Shown: positions 1 to 10,020 of the stretch, piece after piece
Numbering within the stretch: the first letter of the stretch is position 1
Layout: each line of letters starts with the position of its first letter
DNA from: an uncultured delta proteobacterium
GTDB taxonomy: Bacteria; Desulfobacterota; Binatia; UBA9968
Direction: 5' to 3'
NCBI GenBank assembly: GCA_963755715.1
Contig: CAVWLW010000001.1
Location: forward strand, 1 to 64,000
Length of the DNA: 64,000 nt
The notes under the pieces: model-generated
The model's database searches: none
What the model saw: the letters and a program-made list of their open reading frames with translations, nothing else
Told to the model about the DNA's origin: nothing
Position numbers and translations under genes: made by a program

Positions 1-838
1 CTGGAAATAGGCCGGCGGACCGTGAAGATCAATGATGAAACAATCGAATTTCTACCGGAGACGGCTCTTCGGCGGTGTTTCCAATCAGCTCGAATTGGAC
101 CAGGCGGTCGCCAACCGCGCGCGTACCGCCTCGACTATTCCCGAGGTAGAGCGCCAGATTGTGGCGCAAGAAAATCTCATCAATTTTCTTCTCGGCCGCA
201 ATCCCGGACCGATTCCTCGCGGCACGGCTTTAACGGATCAATATTATCCCCCAAGCGTACCTGCTGGAATTCCCGCGGCATTGCTCGAGCGCCGGCCCGA
301 TGTCAAGGGCGCCGAGGATTTGCTGCTTGCAAGCAATGCCGATATCGGCGCCGCCAAAGCGCTGTTCTTCCCAAATTTTTCACTGACTTCGGCAGTCGGC
401 GGTACGAGCCATGAGCTATCGAACTTAATCGACAAGCGCGCCGCCCTTTGGTCGGTTGCCGGCGGGGTCCTTCAGCCGGTCTTTCAGGGCTGGCGCATCT
501 TCTACAATTACGAGTCGACTAAAGCTCGCTTCGATCAAGCGCTGGCGCAATACCAGAAGGCGGCACAGAACGGTTTCCGCGAGGTATCCGATGCGCTTGT
601 GAGCGTCGAGAAGCTCAAAGACGTGCGCGCCGAACTGGAGATTAGCGTTCAGTCCCTCGGCAACGCTGCGCGCCTGTCGCGCCTGCGCTATGACACCGGC
701 CTGGCAAATTATCTGGAAATTCTGATCGCGGACCAGCAACTTTTCGATCAGGAGCTGTTGCTTGCACGCGCGCGCGGCTCACAGTTGACCGCTGTAGTGC
801 AGCTTTACCGGGCTCTGGGCGGCGGCTGGCAACCGTAA
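1..838 (+). CDS. Outer-membrane efflux lipoprotein, TolC/NodT/OprM family (5'-truncated by window; 1-nt frameshift near 50)
   Basis: Motifs P..LLERRPDV..AE, ADIGAAKALFFP, RYDTGLANYLE and C-terminal VQLYRALGGGW. Confidence 0.9.
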
Positions 839-979
839 AATTGGTTCAAGTCGCTCAAGCAGTTCAAACCGTTGAGGAACACGCGTTTGATTAAAAGATG
901 AAGACACAAGATGTGGCCGCGCTCGAAAATCTATTCTTCCAGGTGAGAGCCGCGCCATAACAGGAGTGCGGAGGCATAG

Positions 980-1435
980 ATGAAACCGCGCACGATCCAA
1001 GGCATCTTGCTCGGAGTGGTGATCGGCATCGCTGTCGGCATCGGCGCCTACACTTTTGCCTATGCCAAGGGTTGGTCCTATCTGACTGATGATCCGGCGG
1101 CCTGCGCCAACTGCCACGTTATGCAGGAGCAATTCGACGGCTGGCTCAAGTCGTCGCACCGCGCGGTTGCGACCTGCAATAGCTGCCACACTCCGGCAAA
1201 CTTTATCGGCAAGTATGCGACCAAGGCGTCCAACGGCTTCTGGCATTCGTTTTTTTTCACCACCGGCGGCTACGAGGACAATATTCAAATCAAGCCGCAC
1301 AGCCGGGAGATCACCGAGCAAGCCTGCCGCAACTGCCACGGGGAGATTGTCGGCGCCATCGAGCCGGCACATCCGGCGCCGGCCGGCGGGCAACTCGCTT
1401 GCCTGCGCTGCCACAACTCGGTGGGACATCTTTAG
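980..1435 (+). CDS. nrfH: Cytochrome c nitrite reductase small subunit (NapC/NirT tetraheme)
   Basis: N-terminal TM helix, YLTDDPAACANCHVM, four CXXCH motifs, directly upstream of nrfA. Confidence 0.93.
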   Translation: MKPRTIQGILLGVVIGIAVGIGAYTFAYAKGWSYLTDDPAACANCHVMQEQFDGWLKSSHRAVATCNSCHTPANFIGKYATKASNGFWHSFFFTTGGYEDNIQIKPHSREITEQACRNCHGEIVGAIEPAHPAPAGGQLACLRCHNSVGHL

Positions 1436-1590
1436 CAGGCTGCTGAAAAAGACTCATATGCTTCGTTGCGCTCAATCGCCTCGCGTCAACGTACTGCCGA
1501 TGTACGCCTCCGCTCGTCTATTTTTCGCGCGCCTCGCCTCTGAGATCTTTTTGAGCAGCCTGCAATCCGGGTTTTTCAGTAAACCGTTAG
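1432..1590. mobile_element. MITE-like non-autonomous element with IS5-like ends
   Basis: 17/18-bp inverted repeat GCAGGCTGCTGAAAAAGA (1435-1452) / TCTTTTTGAGCAGCCTGC (1546-1563); TTAG at 1432-1435 and 1587-1590; same end type as 20570-20698. Confidence 0.65.
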
Positions 1591-1632
1591 TGATGAAACG
1601 AATCACGGGCAGAATCGTTTGAGGAGGACTCT

Positions 1633-3060
1633 ATGGCTGAGACCATCGATAGCGATGCTTTTTCTCGACGGCGCCGCCGCCGTTTCTTCATCATCGTGGG
1701 CGCGGCCGTGCTCATGACCATCGTTGGTGTCGCCTTACTGATGAATATCTTCGAGCGCAAGCAGGAGGCGCGCAATCCGTTTTATCGCGTGGTCGAGCTG
1801 ACCGACGACACGGATGATCCAGCGATATGGGGCAAGAACTTTCCGCTGCAATATGACGACTACAAGCGGACGGTGGATCAGGTGCGCACGCGCTACGGCG
1901 GCAGCGAAGCGCTGCCGCACACGCCGACGAAAGCCGACCCGCGCTCGGTGGTTTCCCAGTCAAAAATTGAAGAAGACCCGCGTTTGAAGGTGATGTGGGC
2001 CGGTTACGCGTTTGCCAAGGATTTTCGCGAGGAGCGCGGCCACGCTTACATGCTCGACGACCAGACTTTCACCGAGCGCGTGCAGGTGGTCCAGCAACCC
2101 GGCACGTGCATTCAATGCCACGGATCGGTTTATGTGCCCTACAAGAAGGCGGGCAACGGCGATCTCATCGCAGGCTTCGAGAAATTCAATCAAATGCCTT
2201 TCGCCGAAGCGCGCAAACTGGTCTCGCATCCGGTGGCCTGCATCGACTGCCACGATTCGAGCACCATGCAACTGCGGGTCACGCGTCCCGGGTTTATCGA
2301 AGGCATCCGCGCGTTCAAGGCCACCCAAGGCGTGCAGAACTACGACGTCAACAAGCAGGCGACGCGCCAGGAGATGCGCGCCTACGTCTGCGGCCAGTGC
2401 CACGTCGAATATTATTTCAAGGGACCGGAGAAGCGGCTGGTCTATCCGTGGGCCAAAGGGCTCAAGGTCGAAGAGATCCAGGCTTACTACGACGAGGCGC
2501 AGTTCAAAGACTGGACGCACGCCGACACCGGCGCGCCCGTGCTCAAAGCGCAGCACCCGGAGTTTGAGATGTGGAACCAAGGCATCCACGCGCGTTCGGG
2601 CGTGACCTGCGCCGACTGCCACATGCCCTACAAGCGCGAAGGCGCGCTCAAGATCAGCGACCATCACGTGCGCAGCCCGATGCTCAATATCAATCGCGCT
2701 TGCCAAACTTGCCACAAGTGGCCGGAGGAAGAGCTCAAGGCGCGGGTGGAGACGATTCAAGAGCGCACTTTCAAGTTGCGCAATGTGGCGATGGATGCGC
2801 TGATGGACTTGATCAAGGATCTCAAAGCGGCGAAGGGCGCAGGGAAGACCGACGCCGAGCTCGCAACGGCACAAAACTTTCAGCGCAAGGCGCAGTTCTA
2901 TCTGGATTTTGTCGAGGCCGAAAACTCAACCGGCTTTCACGCGCCGCAAGAGGCCGCGCGGATTCTTGGCGAGTCCGTCGATTTTTCCAGGAAAGGTCAG
3001 ATAGCGCTGCGCGACGGCAAACTAAGTTCGTCGGCTTCGGCGGCCGGCAAATCCCCTTAG
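1633..3060 (+). CDS. nrfA: Ammonia-forming pentaheme cytochrome c nitrite reductase
   Basis: [45 protein letters not shown]; five heme motifs, the first being CIQCH. Confidence 0.95.
   Translation: MAETIDSDAFSRRRRRRFFIIVGAAVLMTIVGVALLMNIFERKQEARNPFYRVVELTDDTDDPAIWGKNFPLQYDDYKRTVDQVRTRYGGSEALPHTPTKADPRSVVSQSKIEEDPRLKVMWAGYAFAKDFREERGHAYMLDDQTFTERVQVVQQPGTCIQCHGSVYVPYKKAGNGDLIAGFEKFNQMPFAEARKLVSHPVACIDCHDSSTMQLRVTRPGFIEGIRAFKATQGVQNYDVNKQATRQEMRAYVCGQCHVEYYFKGPEKRLVYPWAKGLKVEEIQAYYDEAQFKDWTHADTGAPVLKAQHPEFEMWNQGIHARSGVTCADCHMPYKREGALKISDHHVRSPMLNINRACQTCHKWPEEELKARVETIQERTFKLRNVAMDALMDLIKDLKAAKGAGKTDAELATAQNFQRKAQFYLDFVEAENSTGFHAPQEAARILGESVDFSRKGQIALRDGKLSSSASAAGKSP
2830..3020 (+). repeat. 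Direct repeat copy 1 (nrfA 3' end)
   Basis: 2858-3020 matches 9509-9671 with 7 mismatches in 163 bp by manual alignment. Confidence 0.92.
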
Positions 3061-3281
3061 GAGTCGACACAATCGAATCCATGAGCTAATGAGAAGTGGA
3101 AGGACGACGCTTTCGCTTTTACCGCCAAAGGGTTTCATGACCGCCATTGAGTTCTTTACTTCGTCACGCTTGGAGGAAGCAGGGCCTGGCTGAGCTCGTA
3201 GCAGCGCAAAGCGTAGCAGGAGGCTCGGAAGAAATGGGGACCCTGCCTTAGCGATCGAAGTTGGGGAATCGTGCGCTCGGC

Positions 3282-3299
3282 ATTGGACCAAGGACCAAT
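3282..3299. promoter_or_regulatory. Palindromic operator copy 1 (ATTGGACCAAGGACCAAT, 1 mismatch)
   Basis: Matches the three other copies; ~154 bp upstream of the 3453 operon; TGATAATC at 3319. Confidence 0.7.
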
Positions 3300-3452
3300 A
3301 GAAAGATTTGCAACACTTTGATAATCAGAACCACAATTTGGTGGGTTGGTTGCTGGTCTCAAGAACTTTATCGTCAAGGCAATACGAAAGCCTGAGATCA
3401 ATTGCTGCAAAAATTCTAGCCCATCGCTTTGGGTATTCGAGGAAGGGCGTAA

Positions 3453-4873
3453 ATGTTAGATGTCATCGTCATTGGCGCCGGACCGGCGGGTGTGGTCGCC
3501 GCGCTCCGCGCCGCAGACCTGGGTGCCAAGACAGCACTCATAACGCGTGACGAGTTTGGCGGCATGGCGGCCAATGACGGACCGGTTCCGGTGCGCACAC
3601 TTGCCCATGCCGCTCGACTAATCCGAGAAGCCCGCCAGCTCGGTCAGTACGGCATCGCTGTCAGCGAGCCGGTGCTGGACTACGCGCGGTTGCTCGCGCG
3701 CGTGCGCGAGGTCGTTGACGATGTGCAAGCGCATTCTGCCTTTCGCGAGCAGATCGATTCCGTGGGAGTAACGGTTTACGACCGAGCCGGCGCCGCGCGG
3801 TTCACTGATCCGCACACGATCGAAACTGAAAGTGGGCTCAAGCTGCAGGCCGAAAAGATCGTCATCTGCACGGGCGGGGTGAGCCGGCGGCTCTCCGTTC
3901 CGGGATTTGAGCTCACCGCCACACATAGCGATGCATGGCGTTGACGGCCGTGCCGCCATCGATGTTAATCATTGGAGCTGGAGCGACAGGAGCGCAGGTC
4001 GCTTCGATATTCAATGCATTCGGTTCACGGGTCCAACTCTTTCAGGCAGGTCCGCGCATTTTGCCGACGGAGGACGAAGACGTTTCGACTGCGGTCGCAG
4101 CAGCCTTCCGTGAGTCGGGGATCGTGGTGCACGAGAATTTTGGTGCGATCGAATCCTTCGAGAAAACGCCGACCGGCGTGCGGATGATTTTCTCGAAAGA
4201 CGGTGTACGCAGCAGCGCTGAGGCGGCTCTCGCAGTGATAGCGGTCGGTTGGACGGCGAATACCGCCGCGCTAAATCTCGCAGCGGTAGGTGTCGAGACA
4301 AATGATAGAGATTTCCTGCGAGTGGATGCTTATCTGCGGACATCGGCAGCACATGTCTTTGCAGCTGGGGACGTCACCGGCCGCCTGATGCTGCTCCCAC
4401 AGGCAATACAGGACGGCTTCGTGGCGGGGACGAATGCAGTGCGAGACGCGGCGATAACATTGCCGAACGACGTAGCTCCGATCGGCAGCTTCACCGACCC
4501 GGAATATGCCCAAGTGGGCCTGACCGAAACGAAGGCGCGTGAAAAACACGATATCGTAACAGCGATTGTCCGCTTTAACTCGACTACGCGCACGATCATC
4601 GACGGGCGGACGGCCGGCTTCTGCAAGCTGATCGTCGAGCGCGCGACCTACAAAATTCTCGGCTGCCACGTCGTCGGCGAGCGGGCGATCGACATCACTC
4701 AGGTGGCGGCGGTTGCCATTGCCGGCGGAATGCGGGTCGATGAGCTGGCACGGGTTCCACTCTCGTTTCCCACCTACGCCGGGATCCTCGGTCGCGCGGC
4801 GGCAAGCGCGACTCGCCAGCTCAATCAGAAGGTGAGCTCGCAAGCGAACGAGGGAGAAGACTTTCAGCCCTAG
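3453..4873 (+). CDS. Pyridine nucleotide-disulfide oxidoreductase family flavoprotein lacking the redox cysteines (frameshift ~3938)
   Basis: GAGPAG FAD motif, IIGAGATG NAD motif, FAAGDV, FTDPEYAQVGLTE dimerisation domain; split over ORFs 3453-3944 and 3935-4873. Confidence 0.85.
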
Positions 4874-4892
4874 TCGGGCGCGCACGATTGTC

Positions 4893-5764
4893 ATGGAATT
4901 TATACAAAAAGCAGCGACTCTCTGCATGCTCGCGTTTGTCCTTTCCAGCATGCTGGCGATGGGTCTGGGTCTCACTGGCGGAGAGATAATCGCTCCGCTC
5001 CGTCGTGCTCGCCTGGTCACGCTGACGTTAGTCGCCAATTTCGTTTTGATGCCGGCTGCTGCTCTGGGCCTTAGCATCCTGCTTCGGCTCGACGAACCAC
5101 TCGGCGTAGGTCTCCTGCTATTGGGCACGGCGGCGGGCGCACCGTTTCTGCCGAAGCTGGCTCAACTGGCAAAGGGGGATCTGGCATTCGCGGTGGGCCG
5201 ATGGTGCTGCTGATGGTCATCACGGTCGGATATCTCCCAGTCGTGCTGCCGCTGTTCCTGCCGGGAGTTTCCGTTAATCCGGCGAAAATTGCGCGTTCAT
5301 TATTTTTGCTCATGCTGCTTCCGCTTGCCGGTGCCCTAGCGGTAAGAGCCTGGTTCCCAAATGTCGCGGGACGGACCAAACCTTTTCTCGATAGGTTTTC
5401 AAATCTGAGCCTTATTCTGCTGGTCGTGTTGATCACGATCGCGAACGTCAGCAACGTAGTGGCAGTGTTCGGCACGCGCGGTATTCTCGCCGGAATACTC
5501 TTCATTGCGACTGGGTTCGTTGTCGGCTGGTTTCTCGGCGGAGCGGACGCCAGCACCCGGCGGGTGCTGGCGTTGGGCACCGCGCAACGTAACATTGCGG
5601 CAGCGTTGGTCGTAGGTAGCCAGAGCTTCACAGATCCCAAAGTGGTCGTAATGGTGGTAGTCGTAGCAATCGTCAGCTTGCTGATTCTCATGCCACTATC
5701 CAGGAAATTGGCGAACTCTGTGTCTGACGACGCGAAACGCTCACCGGTGCTGCAACGCCCGTAA
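4893..5764 (+). CDS. Bile acid:sodium symporter (BASS) family transporter (frameshift ~5198)
   Basis: MLAMGLGLT, ANFVLMP, AAGAPFLPKL, GTAQRNIAAAL; multiple TM helices. Confidence 0.85.
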
Positions 5765-5910
5765 ACAAGAACAGATGGAGTCAATTAGTTAACAACCTGG
5801 AAGGAGACACAAGTGGCAGAAACAAACAAACGGAACGACTGGTCGATAGCATGACAGGGAATTGAGATATATCTGGTTCGCACATATTTACGAAAAGGAG
5901 ACTCATTTTT

Positions 5911-6450
5911 ATGCTGATAAAGCCACAGGCTATGGCGATGCCTAGCGACACCAAAACTTTGCCGCAAGGAAAGTATGGTCCTATCTTCCCAAAGTCCCCT
6001 GCCTGTTACGGGTTCACCATCATCGCGAAGGTAAAGGAGGGTCGCGAGGCAGCGGTGCGAGAATACGGCAAGACCATCGAAAAAGCCGTGGCAGGCCAGC
6101 CTGACTGCCTTGCGCCTCTCAAGCTTCATTATCTGCGTTGGGTGCTGTTCGACATCGGCTCGGGATTGCACTTCATGTATCAGGGAATCTTCGACACGGA
6201 CTTCGACAAATACACTGACGACGCGGTGGCCCTCTTCCTCAGCCTTGGGGTGAACACGGTGTTTGAAAACCTCGAAGGGTTTCCGATGGATTGGAAGACC
6301 AACCCCGACGCGTTTGTAAAATTCGTCAGGGAACACCAGTGCCCGAGCTTCCTTGAGTATAGCGAGTACCCCTTCTTCAGTGCCGACGAGATCAAGAAGG
6401 CGCTACAACTCAAGAGCGCGTTCACGGAGATGCTCGACCAAATGCAATAG
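5911..6450 (+). CDS. Conserved hypothetical protein, Dyp-associated
   Basis: RBS AGGAG, LHYLRWVLFD...FDTDFDKYTDD motif, position within the Dyp operon. Confidence 0.65.
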   Translation: MLIKPQAMAMPSDTKTLPQGKYGPIFPKSPACYGFTIIAKVKEGREAAVREYGKTIEKAVAGQPDCLAPLKLHYLRWVLFDIGSGLHFMYQGIFDTDFDKYTDDAVALFLSLGVNTVFENLEGFPMDWKTNPDAFVKFVREHQCPSFLEYSEYPFFSADEIKKALQLKSAFTEMLDQMQ

Positions 6451-6501
6451 CAGCACCTACGAAGCGCCGGCACGACAGTCGATAAAGAGAGGAATGACAA
6501 A

Positions 6502-6918
6502 ATGAGCACGGAAAATCCGCTGGCGGCAGTACACCAGTACATCGATGGCTTCAACAAAGGAGACGCACAGTTGATGGCGGCGACGTTCGCCGTCCCGGGA
6601 TCGATTCTTGACGGCATGGCGCCGCACGTGTGGCAGGGGCCAACCGCCACTCAGGATTGGTATAGAGACGTGTTGGTGGAAGGGGAGCAGCATGGCGCAT
6701 CCGGCTATCTCGTCACGCTGGGTAAAGCGCTGCATAACAAAATCACCGCCGAGAGCGCATATGTGGTTGTTCCCGCGACCATGACGTTCAAAGTTGACGG
6801 CAAACAGATTACCCAAACCGGCGCGGTCTTCACGGTGGCGCTTCGCAAGTTCATCGATGGATGGCACATCGCGGCTTGGGCCTGGGCTAAGGGCATTGCA
6901 CAGCAGACGAAAGCCTAG
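6502..6918 (+). CDS. NTF2/SnoaL-like protein
   Basis: YIDGFNKGD start, AYVVVPA..F, W.IAAWAW end typical of NTF2-like fold. Confidence 0.75.
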   Translation: MSTENPLAAVHQYIDGFNKGDAQLMAATFAVPGSILDGMAPHVWQGPTATQDWYRDVLVEGEQHGASGYLVTLGKALHNKITAESAYVVVPATMTFKVDGKQITQTGAVFTVALRKFIDGWHIAAWAWAKGIAQQTKA

Positions 6919-6992
6919 ACTTCTCGCGGAATATCGCTGCAGTGAAAATTGAGGACCTATCAGCGCACCAGAACCAGTTCGTGGAGGTTACC

Positions 6993-8307
6993 ATGCTTGA
7001 ACTTGATGACATTCAGAGCGGTGTTTTGCGCCCGCGGCCCACGCCTTACGTCGCCACCTACATCGCCTTCCGGATCGACGACCGCAAGGCCGGGCGTGAG
7101 TTAATGCGGCGCGTTTCTGGCGCGGTGACCTCCGCGGCCAACCCCACGAGCCCGCTGGCCGACACTTGGGTAAGTGTCGCACTCACCTACGAGGGTTTCA
7201 AAGCCCTCGGTGTGCCTCAAGAGTCGCTCGACAGCTTTTCGTGGGAGTTTCGTCAGGGGATGGCGGCGCGAGCCAAAGACCTTCACGACATTGGTGAGAG
7301 CGCACCCGAAAACTGGGAGAAGCCCTTGGGGACTGGGGATGTCCACGTGGTCATCGTCGCGGTGTCGCCGGACGAAGAGCAGCTCGAAGCGGCCCTCGAT
7401 CGGGCAAGAAAAGCCTATCGGTGAGATGACAGGGATCGAAGCTATTTGGCGTCAGAACTGCCACGCACTGCCAACCGAAACAGAGCCGTTTGGGTTCAGG
7501 GACGGCATAAGCCACCCCGCCATAGAGGGAAGCGGCATCGCTGGGAGTAACCCTCAGGAGCAGCCTTTCAAAGCCGGCGAGTTCGTGCTCGGTTATTCGG
7601 ACGAGATGGGCGGCGTTCAGAAAACCGTGCCCGAAGTCCTGGGCCGCAACGGGACGTATGTTGTCTTTCGCAAGCTGCATCAGCGCGTGGCTGCGTTCCG
7701 CCGCTACTTGAAGGAGAACTCCAAGGGGCCCGAAGATGAGGAGTTGACGGCGGCTAAGATGATGGGGCGCTGGCGCAGCGGCGCCCCCCTGGCGCTCTGC
7801 CCGCTTCGCGATGACCGGGAATTGGGCGCAGACCCGTTGCGCAACAACAACTTCCTTTTTCGGGAGGACGACCCGGACGGTTTCAAGACGCCTTGCGGCT
7901 CGCACATACGGCGGACAAACCCACGCGACGCAAAGATAGCGGGCATGGTGAGGATACACAGAATGATACGACGCGGAACCGCTTACGGCCCGCCGCTTCC
8001 CGAGGGCGTCCTCGAAGATGACGGTGCCGACCGGGGGCTGATATTCGCATTCGTTGGGGCACAACTCGGCAGGCAGTTCGAGTTTGTCCAGTCCGAGTGG
8101 GTTAACGACGGGGTCTTCATCGGGGCCGGGAAAGACAAAGACCCGGTCATCGGGTCTAACGGAGACGGTGGTGCGTTCACTCTCCCTCGCAGGCCGCTTC
8201 GGAAACGCTTCCAGGGCATCCCTAACTTCGTCGTCACTCGTGGCGGTGAATACTGCTTCATGCCGAGCTTGACCGCGCTGCGCTGGCTTGCAGACCTTAA
8301 AACCTAA
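6993..8307 (+). CDS. Dyp-type (dye-decolorizing) peroxidase (frameshift ~7422)
   Basis: LDDIQ start, EPFGFRDGISHP (GXXDG), GSHIRRTNPRD, RMIRRG, QFEFVQ, VTRGGEY; RBS GGAGG before ATG 6993. Confidence 0.9.
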
Positions 8308-8438
8308 TGAGCAGGTCATGACCCGAAGGTTCAATACCGGAAGGCTCATCTTGGTCAATACCTTGCGTCACTTCGCCGTAGTCGATGAACAGACAGTGAA
8401 GCAGGTCAAAAAGAAAACCTAAAAAAGGAAACTCAACC

Positions 8439-9459
8439 ATGAGCACCGTCCAACAACCTCCACGCACATACAATCAAAACCATGTGCCCCGCAAATACAC
8501 TCCCGGCAAACGTAGGGTGAGCATCTACTGGACTTGGAGCTATCCGTGGGAGGCCGAGCCGTGATGTGGCGGAGATGGACAATCGCTTCTCGACCATGAC
8601 CGAGGTTCGCCGGGTGGCCTGGCCGGCGTATGAAACCCCGGAGTGGAGTGCAAGAAACTTTCACCAGGGAATTGCCGGCACGCTCGAGCTGTTCCACCGC
8701 TCCGCGCTCAGCTTTCAGCAAATTGTCGGCGAAGTCACCGGCCACCCGGTCGCCGTCTTCCAGCGCATTGATCAGGCTGGTTACCCGCTGCCCATCGACG
8801 AACGGATTCTGGCCGACACGGACACGCTCATGGTGTTCGGCCTCGACCACCTGGGTTCCGAGCAGGTGGCCGCACCGGAAGAAGTCGCGGCCATCCGCGA
8901 GTGGCTCAAGCGCGAAGACACCTGCCTGCTGCTTGCGCCGCACCACGATGTCGGCTTTACCAGCGACTTGAAACAGCGCCAGATGGAATACCTCCACCAT
9001 GGCGACGCGCTCGTGCCGCGCCAGCAGCGCTTCAGCCAATATACCCGCTCACTGATGAAAGCGCTCGATGTGCCGGTGAACAATGTCTGGGGGCTCCGAC
9101 CCGCGGTCGTGAAAGGCACCAAGGACATCGCGCCGCTCACGGCTTTCCGGGACCTCGACAAACTGGGCCTGCTCGAGAACGTCCCGACGTTCAATTTCCA
9201 CCCGCACTTGCCGCACTATGAGCTGACCACCCAGGACACCAAGTCAGTGCATTTGCTGGCGCGCCAGCCCATTGATCCCGACCGCCCGCACCCGTTCACC
9301 GCAGCCGGCAACACGGAGTTCAACTGCCTGCTCTGGATGCCGCCAAAGGAGCAGCGAGCCGGAGACGTCGTGCTCGTGGACTCGACGAACTTTACCACTC
9401 TCTTCGGCGGCACGGAGAGCCTGAGTAATTTCTGGCGGAACATCGGGATGATGAAGTGA
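8439..9459 (+). CDS. Conserved hypothetical protein (frameshift ~8560)
   Basis: ATG 8439 after AAGGAA gives MSTVQQPPRTYNQ...WTWSYPWE, joining ORF 8566-9459; strong coding bias. Confidence 0.7.
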
Positions 9460-9480
9460 GATTCCGGTATGCAGTCAGCC

Positions 9481-9726
9481 GCGAAGGTGGCGGACAAGAC
9501 CGATCGCCAGCTCGCAACGGCACAAAACTTTCAGAGCAAGGCGCAGTTCTATCTGGATTTTGTCGAGGCCGAAAACTCAACCGGCTTCCACGCGCCGCAA
9601 GAGGCCGCGCGGATTCTCGGCGAGTCCATCGATTTCTCCAGGAAAGGTCAGAGCGCGCTGCGCGACGGCAAGGGAGAGTTGCGAGCTCAAACGCCTAAAC
9701 CATGGCCGCTTTTGAACACTCAGTAA
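9481..9726 (+). pseudogene. Orphan duplicate of the nrfA 3' end (direct repeat copy 2)
   Basis: Encodes [41 protein letters not shown], ~96% nt identical to the nrfA tail. Confidence 0.9.
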
Positions 9727-10020
9727 GAAATATCGAACCAGAAATCCGGCATTCCCCGATGGCGGCTAAGGCTTTGCTCCGATAGGTTGCCTCTAGAGTG
9801 CATAACTGCGGCAATTCGGACGCCTCGGGTTTGTCAGTAGAAGACCGCGTAAAGACGGCATCGTGTGCAGCAAAGCGCCGCGAGTCTTCGCAGATTCTCT
9901 GAGGCGAGTTTGACATTGCCGTGCAGATCACGGATGACTGCGATCTGATCTGGCCGGCGCGCTGCGCGTGACGAAGGAACTATCCGCTCTAAAAATCATC
10001 TAACTGTAAAGAGGCTGAAA

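Noticed and set aside
9469-9726. 85-aa ORF as a functional small protein
   Set aside because: It is the heme-less duplicated nrfA tail with no convincing RBS; treated as a repeat/relic.
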